From positions 576,001 through 640,000 of the forward strand of contig CAXXUA010000013.1 in assembly GCA_963663765.2 (NCBI GenBank): DNA of 64,000 nt, in the 5' to 3' direction. The notes under the pieces are model-generated. The model was given only the letters and a program-made list of their open reading frames with translations. It was not told the origin of the DNA and ran no database searches. Shown piece after piece: positions 49,601 through 57,300 of the stretch (the first letter of the stretch is position 1; each line of letters opens with the position of its first letter). A program made the position numbers and the translations under genes. Source of the stretch: Candidatus Poribacteria bacterium (lineage in GTDB: Bacteria > Poribacteria > WGA-4E > WGA-3G).

Positions 49601-50296
49601 AGGTGTTGTGCTGGTGGCACTGATCACTTCAATGGGCAATGTATCAGATTTAGAAAGAACATAACCGTAGTGATGACTCGGCAAACTGGATAGCGTTCCG
49701 ATATTAGCTGTTACTGCTGCAGTCGTTCCTGCAGCGCGAGTTACCGTGACAGCAGTACTTTCTACTGCACCTTTAGAAATGGTCAGAGATGTCATATTCC
49801 CGCTAATGCTACCATTGGTAGGACTGATGGGAATACTCATAGTGAACGGTGCGCCTGTCGCGACAACGGCTTTAATCTGATCCTCTCCAACTTTTTCCAA
49901 TAAGATGGTAATTTGCATAGGATCAACAGTGTTCCCACCTAATCGCAGAGTTGTTAGTGCCGTGAGTCCTTCAAAGATACCATCGGGCAGACTGCTCAGT
50001 TCGTTGCCATATAAGTTCAGGTTAGTCAGACCAGTCATCCCAGAAAAATCTCCCGATTTTAGTGCTGTAATACCTTTTGACCGTAGGTTTAGTTCTGTAA
50101 TAGCTGTAAGGTCGTCTTCGGTGACATCTGCTGCGGAATTGACGCCCGCGGCAGTCACGATAGCAGCCTGTACCTCTGTTGTTCGCTCACTTACTGGTGT
50201 AATCTCCGCTGAACTTGTAACTGGTAAACCGAAGAAAACTAATGAACAAAGTAAAACAGATAGGACGGAACTCAGATTCTTGAGTTGTGTTTTCAT
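40640..50296 (-). CDS. Giant secreted LRR/cadherin protein C (3,218 aa)
   Basis: Different signal peptide but the same stalk family as A/B; ~19 cadherin-like repeats; one long tip of roughly 18 LRRs; C-terminal domain nearly identical to B. Confidence 0.9.
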   Translation of the reverse strand: MKTQLKNLSSVLSVLLCSLVFFGLPVTSSAEITPVSERTTEVQAAIVTAAGVNSAADVTEDDLTAITELNLRSKGITALKSGDFSGMTGLTNLNLYGNELSSLPDGIFEGLTALTTLRLGGNTVDPMQITILLEKVGEDQIKAVVATGAPFTMSIPISPTNGSISGNMTSLTISKGAVESTAVTVTRAAGTTAAVTANIGTLSSLPSHHYGYVLSKSDTLPIEVISATSTTPETPVEPETPTQPETPENTAPTFADGNITLRSVSENTAANVNIGNAVSATDTENDTLAYTLSGLNADSFSIDSDTGQLKTKNALDYETKRIYIVSVNASDETLTSTISVIINVIDLDDTPAVSTMLAVSDRTPKVRDAIVAAIPDVSVAADVTDTHLATITSLNLRSAGISELNSGDFSGLTGLTSLNLYGNMLRNLPVRIFEDLTSLTSIRLGGNLVAPMPLMVSLQQVSDNEFRAIIPTGAPFNIVLPINEASVANITIPKGSVTSGSFVATTTDVNIGNLPSLPPNHFGYILAKSTVCNRTIQVSDVIVSALQGIEDCRNISEADLATVTALDLSSASISALQAGDFEGLLSLSTLNLSNNQLQSLPDGIFEGLTSLTSLDLSGNTVDPFSLNMTILKVGENQIKVVISTGAPFDIVLPITVANGSLNNNATTITILKGSVESQPLMVNRTPDTYDAVTVDFGTLPNLPTNHNGYALAESNELPLEIFSAVNTPPIFTEGINTTRSIAENTDAGSDIGSAVTATDANNDTLTYTVSGTDAASFSINSTSGQLQTKVALDYETKDSYSVTITVSDSSLTDSIDVTINITDVVEAPTTDVEDTDTPNNAPVFTEGSTTTRTVAENTGSGVNIGNPVSATDADDDTLTYILGGSDATSFSIGSTNGQLRTNTALDYETRTSYSVIITVSDDNDGSDTITVTINVSDVEEAVNTAPLFTEGETASRSVAENTGSGVDIGSAVSATDEDNDTLTYSLSGSDASSFSIGSTNGQLRTSAALDYETKSSYSVTITVSDGKGGSDTIGVTINVTDVDEATNTAPVFTEGETASRSVAENTGSGVDIGSAVSATDEDNDTLTYSLSGSDASSFSIGSTNGQLRTSTALDYETKSSYSVTITVSDRKGGSDTIAVTINITDVDEATNTAPVFTEGETASRSVAENTGSGVDIGSAVSATDEDNDTLTYSLSGSDASSFSIGSTNGQLRTSAALDYETKSSYSVTINVSDGKGGSDTINITINVTDVDEATNTAPTFTDGTSTTRTVDENTKSGVDISSAVSATDADNDTLSYSLSGTDAASFSIDSSSGQLRTSAALDYETKDSYSVTITVSDGNGGSASITVTINVNDIDESPANNAPVFTNGSSTTRTIAENTASNVNVGSAVAATDADDDTLSYRISGIDAASFSIDSSSGQLRTSTALDYETKSSYSVTITVSDDQGGSSSINVTINVTNVNEAPIFTAGTSTTRTIAENAGSGINIGSAVSATDVDSTTLTYTLGGTNGASFDIESRTGQLKTKAALDYETKTSYSVTITVSDGSLTDSIAVTINVRDLDETPSNVAPVFTDGDEATRTIAENTAANTNIGTAIAATDADSENLAYLLSGTDASSFAIDGDTGQLKTSTALNYETKTSYEVIVTVSDGTLEDEINVTINVTNVNEAPVFNDGDSITRQVAENTAAGTNLGNVITATDPDAEDTITYSLGGTDAASFNIVSTSGQLKTKAALDYETKNSYTVTVIATDTGDTTDTITVTINVTDVDENRAPVFTDGESAERSIAENTGAGVNIGNAVSATDADDDTLNYSLGGTDAASFDIGSTNGQLRTKTALDYETKNAYSVTVSVSDGNGGTDSITVTIKVTDVDENRAPVFTDGESTERSIAENTGAGVNIGTAITATDADDDTLNYSLGGTDAASFDIGSTNGQIRTNAALDYETKNTYSVTVSVSDGNDGKDSITVTIKVTDVDENTAPVFTDGESTERSIAENTLSGVDIGDAVAATDADDDTLDYSLGGTDAASFSINSTSGQIRTNAALDYETKNTYSVTVSVSDGNDGTDSITVAIKVTDVDENTAPVFTDGESTERSIAENTGSGVNIGTAVAATDPDTDDTLEYSLGGTDAASFEIGSTNGQLRTKAALDYETKSTYSVTVSVSDGNGGSDSIAVTIKVTDVDENRNPSFGTAESVTLNVNENTGTGIDIGDKVEATDPDTDDTLEYSLGGTDASSFSIDSTSGQIRTNAALDYETKDTYSVTVSVSDGNGGTDSIAVTINVTDVNEAPSFTEASPTTRSIAEHTASAQNIGSAVSATDPEGDTLEYTLEGTDASSFSIVSTSGQLQTNAALDYETTTSYSVTVKVTDDSLTNTIAVTINVTDVSENTAPSFSESSFAYRISDIANASVGDSIGDKVTATDADEDTLSYSLGGDDAAKFDIDSSSGQLKITQSLIDHTSSAYSIKVIATDPDSATAEISGTIFVTRVSQQNTNNPPVFDDGESTTRSVAENTASGQNIGEPVAATDDDTDDTLTYTLEGTDASSFSIVSTSGQLQTRVTLDYETKTSYSVTVKVTDDSGASNESDTIAVTINVNDVTESDSITPVSNRTGAVRDAIVDAIEGVDAAENVTESQLAAITTLDIRNKNLTGLISGDFDGLTGLTLLNISSNKFSSLPVDIFDGLTSLTELDLSFNNFFHDDENAFTTLPDGIFDSLTSLTKLELGYNGLTSLPDGIFDQLTSLELLDLNLNEFTTLSGGVFDGLTSLKTLYLATFASETTNQLTSLRAGIFDDLTSLENLEMYDHNISTLPDGLFDNTISLIKLLYYSNGTTSLPDGIFDELTLLKTLAIGSNGITSLPDDVFDNNTQLEYLGLSYNSISSLNSDVFDELTNLETLSLEGNELTTLSADIFEELTNLTSLSLRYNSLTSLPGNIFDNNSKLTTLVLENNNISSLPSGLFSELTNLTKLFLNRNNLTSFPDGIFVGLTELTLFQCGFQGEDPQPDSVPIKVGLEKVAEGQFKVVCPTGMPINNNRINVPISNGKVHPDQEYGYIVTLDNRRPQIRIPVGEAETDALSVVRLDDTTDAVTVTIDIVFYERSLDNHGYYLDINNANLPLELIPEVSGAPTNTQLIPDETALLSNYPNPFNPETWIPYQLSEAGDVSLTIYDMRGVVIRKLDLGHKTAGYYTDRKRAAYWDGRNANGEKVAAGVYFTTFKANDFTATRKMLILK

Positions 50297-50313
50297 GTAT
50301 CATTCCTTTATAA

Positions 50314-51181
50314 CAGGGTTATTCAGTTTTAGTAGTTTTTGCAGATATTTATAACATTCGTGAATTAGATGCGTAGGTCGGGTAGAGCGTATGCGAAACC
50401 CGTAGGTGTCAACTTAAGAAAATATTGTTTGCATTTTCTCTTGTGGGAGGGGTTTTCAACCCCGATTTGAGCGGAAATGCACTAAAAAATCGGGGTTGAA
50501 AACCCCTCCCACAAGAGGTAAAATCCTTAAGTTGACACCTATGGGTAGAGCGTATACGAAACCCGACATGTATTGATTGTTTGCATTTTCTCTTGTGGGA
50601 GGGGTTTTCAACCCCGATTTGAGCGGAAATGCACTAAAAAATCGGGGTTGAAAACCCCTCCCACAAGAGGTAAAATCCTTAAGTTGACACCTATGGGTAG
50701 AGCGTATGCGAAACCCGACATGTATTGATTGTTTGCATTTTCTCTTGTGGGAGGGGTTTTCAACCCCGATTTGAGCGGAAATGCACTAAAAAATCGGGGT
50801 TGAAAACCCCTCCCACAAGAGGTAAAATCCTTAAGTTGACACCTATGGGTAGAGCGTATGCGAAACCCATAGGTGTCAACTTAAGAAAAAAGTGTTGGCA
50901 TATTCTCTTGTGGGAGGGGTTTGTAACCCCGATTTGAGTGGAAATGAACAAAAAATCGGGGTTGCAAACCCCTCCCACAAGAGGTCAGAATCCTTAAGTT
51001 GACACCTATGGGTAGAGCGATAGCGAAACCCTACATGTATTGATTGTAGTTGTCATGTCGGGTTTCGCTATCGCTCTACCCGGGGAATGCCTAAATGGCA
51101 TTCATACCGTTGATTTGGACCTACGATATAAACTTTAAGTAACACCCATCAACTGATAATTCTTAAAACTAAATAACCCTG
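50314..51181. mobile_element. ISAs1-like MITE with nested cargo and a 9-bp target-site duplication
   Basis: TIRs cagggttattcagtttta / cagggttatttagtttta (17/18). Direct repeat cctttataa at 50305-50313 and 51182-51190. CAGGG ends are typical of ISAs1. The homologous site upstream of gene D (~61103) is empty. Confidence 0.8.
50401..51010. mobile_element. IS4-family (IS231/IS186-like) 143-bp MITE: two complete and two partial tandem copies, each carrying a GTGG-REP inverted pair
   Basis: TIR cataggtgtcaacttaag / cttaagttgacacctatg. Complete copies at 50401-50543 and 50868-51010; 152-bp period between; flanked by the 20-bp repeat ggtagagcgtatgcgaaacc. Confidence 0.7.
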
Positions 51182-51197
51182 CCTTTATAAAATAAAG

Positions 51198-51342
51198 TTA
51201 TAGTAAAAATCATAATTATTTACACACTACGGTAGGTTCGGTTTCCTAACCGAACCGGTGTTGTTCAGTCTCATAGATGCGGTTAGGAAACCTCGCCTAC
51301 CGTTGATAGAAAGTGTAGATATAATTCTATGCTTCACCATAA
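51198..51342. mobile_element. MITE-like element with ~31-bp imperfect TIRs enclosing a GTAG-REP doublet
   Basis: ttatagtaaaaatcataattatttacacact versus reverse complement ttatggtgaagcatagaattatatctacact; inner ggtaggttcggtttcctaaccgaacc...cggttaggaaacctcgcctacc. Confidence 0.55.
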
Positions 51343-51344
51343 GT

Positions 51345-54300
51345 CTATTTCCTAATCAACATTTTCCGTATTTTCGTATAATTACCCGCCTTGAATTTGA
51401 CGAAATAGACACCTCCCGCCACCTTCTCACCGAGATTGTTTTTACCATCCCAATGCGCAGCACGAGGTCGGCTATAATAAACCCCAGCTGCCCGATGTCC
51501 CAAGGCTAACTCCCTGACGAGAACACCACGCACATTGTAGATTGTCAACGTGACATCTGAAGGTTTTGCTAACTGATACGGTATCCACGTTTCAGGATTG
51601 AAGGGGTTGGGGTAGTTTGGGAGTAGGGATGTTTGTATAGGAGGATTTGTTATCGAGGGGGCACCAGTAGAGGGAATTATAATATCAAGTTCTAAAGTTC
51701 TATTATCAGCTTCAATTGCAGCGACAAGTCTGCGGAGTGGGGCGTAATCTGAAATCGGATTATCAGAGAGAAATAAATACTCTAACGATGTTAGTCCTTC
51801 AAGAGGAGAGACATTGCTGATAGAATTCTCATACAGATTGAGCCCTGTCAACTTAGTCAACCCAGAAAGTGCCGATATATCGCTAATAGAATTCTGATTC
51901 AGATCGAGCTCTATCAGCGCAGTCAACCCAGAAACCGCTGATATATCACTGATAGAATTCCCAAACATACTGAGCTCTGTCAACTTAGTCAACCCAGAAA
52001 GTGCTGATATATCACTGATAGAATGATTGTTACCCAGATAGAGTTCTTTCAACACAGTCAACCCAGAAACCGCTGATATATCGCTGATGGAATTGACACT
52101 CAGACCGAGCTCTGTCAACTTAGTCAATCCAGAAACCGCTGATATATCGCTGATAGAATTGACATCCAGCCAGAGCTCTGTCAACGTAGTCAACCCAGAA
52201 ACCGCTGATATATCGCTGATAGAATTGCCCTCCAGATCGAGCGTTGTCAGAACGGTGAGATTATTAAAATCACCAGATTTCAAGGAGGAAATTGATTTAT
52301 CGAATAGATCAAGTTCCGTGATTGCCGCAAGGTGTGTTTCTGTTACATCGGAGGCAGAATTTATGCCATCAACAGCTGCCACAATAGCGTCCTGCACTTG
52401 TTGCGTGCGTTCACTGACTGGGACAAATATGGGAATTGTAATGTCAAGAGTTAAAGTTCTATCATCAGCTTCAATTGCAGCAACAAGTGTACGGAGTGGG
52501 ACGTAATTTGAAATCGAATTGCCACTGAGATATAAGGTATTTAAAGATGTCAAACCTTCAAGAGGAGACACATCGCTGATAGAATTGCTATCCAGAAAGA
52601 GCCTTGTCAACTTAGTCAACTCAGAAACCGATGATATATCGCTGATAGAATTCTCATCCAGACTGAGCCATGTCAGCGAAGTCAACCCAGAAACCGCTGA
52701 TATATTGATGATAGAATTCTCATACAGATCAAGACTTGTCAACGCAGTCAACCCAGAAACCGCTGATATATCAATGATGGAATTGTCACCCAAATCAAGA
52801 CTTGTCAACGTAGTCAACCCAGAAATCGATGATATATCGCTGATGGAATTGTCAGCCAAATCAAGACTTATCAGACTGGTGAGACCCTCAAAATCACCAG
52901 ATTTCAAGGCGGAAATTGATTTATCGTTTAGATCAAGTTCCGTGATTGCTGCAAGATGTGTTACTGTTACATCTTCTGCAGAATCTATGCCATCAACAGC
53001 TGCCACAATGGCGTCCTGCACTTGTTGCGTGCGTCCACTGACTGGGACAGAAACCAGAATTGTAATGTCAAGATCTAAACTTCCGCCAGCAGCTTTAATT
53101 GCAGCGACGAGTCTGCCGAGTGGGGCGTAATCTGAAATCGAATTACCACTCAGACGTAAGGTCCTTAAAGATGTCAAACCTTCAAGAGGAGAGACATCGC
53201 TGATGGAATTGTTATCCAGATAGAGTTCTTTCAACACAGTCAACCCAGAAACCGCTGATATATCGCTGATAGAATTGCCATCCAGATAGAGCTTTGTCAA
53301 CTTAGTCAAGCCAGAAACCGATGATATATTGCTGATAGAATTGTCATACAGATCGAGCTCTGTCAAGTTAGTCAACCCAGAAACCGCTGATATATTGCTG
53401 ATGGAATTGTTACCCAGAAAGAGCTTTGTCAACGTAGTCAATCCAGAAAGTGCTGATATATCGCTGAAGGAATTTTCAGCCAGATCAAGACTTGTCAGAG
53501 CGGTGAGACCCGCAAAATCACCAGATTTCAAGGAGGAAATTGATTTAAAGTTTAGATCAAGTTCCGTGATTGCCGCAAGGTGTGTTGCTGTTACATCGGA
53601 AGCAGAATCTATGCCATCAACAGCTGCCAGAATAGCGGTCTGCACTTGTTGCGTGCGTCCACTTAGTAGGGTAGGAGCCGGAATTGTAATGTCAAGCTCT
53701 AAACTTCTATTATCAGCTTCAATTGCAGCGACGAGTGTGCGGAGTGGGGAGTAATCTGAAATCGAATTGCCATTCAGACGTAAGGTCGTTAAAGATGTCA
53801 AACCTTCAAGAGGGGAGACATCGCTGATAGAATTGCCATTCAGATAGAGCTGTGTCAACTTAGTCAACCCAGAAAGTGCTGATATATTGCTGATAGAATT
53901 GCGACCCAGATCGAGCCCTATCAACTTAGTCAACCCAGAAAGTGGTGATATATCGCTGATAGAATTGCGACCCAGATTGAGCACTGTCAACACAGTCAAC
54001 CCAGAAAGTGGTGATATATCGCTGATAGAATTGCGACCCAGATCGAGCCACATCAGAGCGGTGAGCCCCCCAAAATCACCAGATTTCAATGAGGAAATTG
54101 ATTCATTGCTTAAATCAAGTTCCGAGATTGCCGCAAGGTGTATTTCTGTTATATCGGCTGCAGAATCTATCCCATCAACAGCTGCCACAATAGCGTCCTG
54201 AACTTGTTGAGTACGTCCACTTAGTAGGGTAGCAGCCGGAATTGTAATGTCAAGCTCTAAACTTCTATTATCAGCTTCAATTGCAGCGATAAGTGTGCGG

Positions 54301-57300
54301 AGTGGGGCGAAATCTGAAATCGAATTGCCACTCAGACTGAGCCATGTCAACTTAGTCAACCCAGAAACCGCTGATATATCGATGATAGAATTGCCACCCA
54401 GCCAGAGCTCTGTCAACGAAGTCAACCCAGAAACCGCTGATATATCGCTAATGGAATTGCCACTCAGAAAGAGCGATGTCAACGTAGTCAACCCAGAAAC
54501 CGCCGATATATCGCTGATGGAATTACCACTCAGACTGAGCCATGTCAGCGAAGTCAACCCAGAAATTACTGATATATCGCTGATGGAATTGTCTTCAAGA
54601 CTGAGGTGTGTCAACTTAGTCAACCCAGAAACTACTGATATATCGCTGATGGAATTGTCACCCAGAAAGAGCGATGTCAGTGCGGTGAGACCCTCAAAAT
54701 CACCAGTTTTCAAGGAGGAAATTGATTCATCCTCTAAATTAAGTTCCGTGATTGCCGCAAGGTGTGTTGCTGTTACATCGGCTGCAGAATCTATCCCATC
54801 AACAGCTGCCACAATAGCGTCCTGAACTTGTTGCGTGCGTCCACTTACTGGGTATGTCAGTTCGACAGTCGCAGCTGTGACAGTCACAGAAATAGTCTGT
54901 GTTACAGACAAACTCTCATCGTTTGCGGTAACCGTGATAGTAGCAGTTCCAACCGCTACTGCGCTAATCGACACTTGAGCACCGGAAACACTTGCTGTTG
55001 CCACACCGCTATTACTTGAGCTTGCTGTATACGTGAGATTATCGCCATCTGGATCAGTGAAATAACTTGAAACAGTCAAGAGTAGGGCAGAGTCATCCGA
55101 TTGCATCGTCTGTGCTGGAATAGAACCAACAGCAGTCGGCGCACGGTTCGCACCATTTACAGCTTCTGTGATATTGATCGTGACAGCCAGCGTATCTGTT
55201 GCCGAATGCCTATCCCTTGCGGTTATGGTGAGGGTGTACGTAGGCTTTGTTTCAAAATCATAAGAAGAAATACGCGTCAGTAACTGTCCAGTATGCGTAT
55301 TAAGTGTAAACCCATTCCAATCCTCGTTTGGTCCCGATTCGACATACAGCACAAAGTCACCATCTTGGTCGGTAGCGAGGACCGGTGTTCCAACTATTTG
55401 TCCTGAAGTAGTATTCTCAGGAATTGAATAAGTAACACTTTCAACAGGAAAGACAGGAGGATCGTTGACATCAGTAACCGTAATTGTTACTTGAATACTG
55501 GTACTGAGCTCACCATCTGAGGCTATGACTTCAACGGAATAAGTGCCTTTGGTTTCATGATCCAATGCATTCTTCGTTTTCAACTGTCCTGATTGTTCTG
55601 ATGTCGTAACAATACTAAAAGAAGCCGCATCTGTCCCGCCAAGACTGTAGCTCAATGGGTCACTATCAGGATCAGAAGCAGAGAAAGGTAGACCAATATC
55701 AGTGTTAGCGTCGGTGTTTTCAGCAATTTCTCGTGTAGCACTTGCGCCACCTGTAAACACTGGAGCATTGTTAACATTCTCGTCAATATTAGTGATTCTG
55801 ATTACTACTGGAAGAGTATCAGTTGCACCACTACTATCTTCAGCCCTTATCGTCACTCTGAAAACTGATTTGGTTCCAAAATCAAATGCTTGTTGTGTCT
55901 CGAACTTTCCGACAATTCCATCAGCGATGCTGAATGCTGAAGAATCCGACCCAGTGAGTGTTATTGATAACGACTCTCTTGTGTCATCTTGATCCGTTAG
56001 AGTCACTTCTGAACCAAAAATAGTTCCTATCGGCGTATTTTCAGGTATTGTATACGTTAAACTATCAACAGCAAAGACAGGCGGATCGTTGACATCAGTA
56101 ATGTCAATCGTCACTCCAGTAGAAACAATTAAGCCGAAATCAGAAATCCACAAGGTTAGTGAGTAAGAGTTTTTGATTTCGTAATCCAATGGACTCTTGG
56201 TTCTAAATTGTCCACTTCTGGGATCAATGTCAAACAACTCTTTACCAACCCCATCTATTACGTATTCTAAACAATCATTATCAGGATCAGAAGTTGTTAT
56301 TGGATTTCCGATGTTCACACCGGCAGGTGTATTTTCAGGAATACTCATGGTATAGGGACCTGGAACTGTAAACATAGGATCTCGGTTGTTTTCACGTACA
56401 TTCACTTCATTAACGTTGATGGTGACAACAATGCTATCTGAAAGTTTTCCATCTGAGACTCTGATAGTCACAGAATAGGACTTTTTATCACAATACGTTG
56501 TGCCTTTAGTTTGCAACTGTCCAGTTGTCCTAACAATGTCAAAGGATAGTCCATCGGTACCACCAAGTGTATATGTTAAGTTATTTTGATTAGCATCCGT
56601 TGCAGCAATAGGTAGACCGATATTCCTACCAGTATCAGTATTTATTGGAACGGTACGAGTCGCAGTTGTTCCTTCTGTAAACACTGGTGCTTTGTTAGCA
56701 GTACTCTCGACAATATCTATAATTCTGATTACTACCGGAAGTGTATCAGTTGCACCATTACTATCTTCAGCCCTTATCGTCACTCTGAAAACTGATTTGG
56801 TTTCATAATCAAATGCTTGTTGTGTCTCGAACTTTCCGATATTTCCGTCAGCGATGCTGAAGGTTGAAGAATCTGACCCAGTGAGTGTTATTGATAACGA
56901 TTCTCTTGTGTCATCCTGGTCCGTTAGAGTCACCTCTGAACCAAAAATAGTTCCTATCGGGGTGTTTTCACGAATTGAATAAGTGATACTTTCAACAGCA
57001 AAGACAGGCGGATCGTTGACATCAGTAACCGTAATACTTACTTGAATACTGCTGCTGAGATCACCATCTGACGCTATGACTTCAACGGAATAAGTGCCTT
57101 TGGTTTCATGATCCAATGCATTCTTCGTTTTCAACTGTACTGTTTGTTCTGTTGTCGTAACAATACTAAAAGAAGCCGCATCTGTACCGCCAAGACTGTA
57201 GCTCAATGTGTCACCATCAGGATCAGAAGCAGAGAAGGGTAGACCAATATAAGTGTTAGCGTCGGTGTTTTCAGCAATTTCTCGTGTAGCACTTGCGCCA

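Noticed and set aside
50725-50978. Small ORFs in the nested repeat
   Set aside because: They derive from MITE/REP palindromes and show no transposase motifs.
51800-54700. Canonical DGR at this locus
   Set aside because: No RT, Avd or non-coding template repeat in the window, and scaffold adenines are conserved; kept only as a hypothesis to test.
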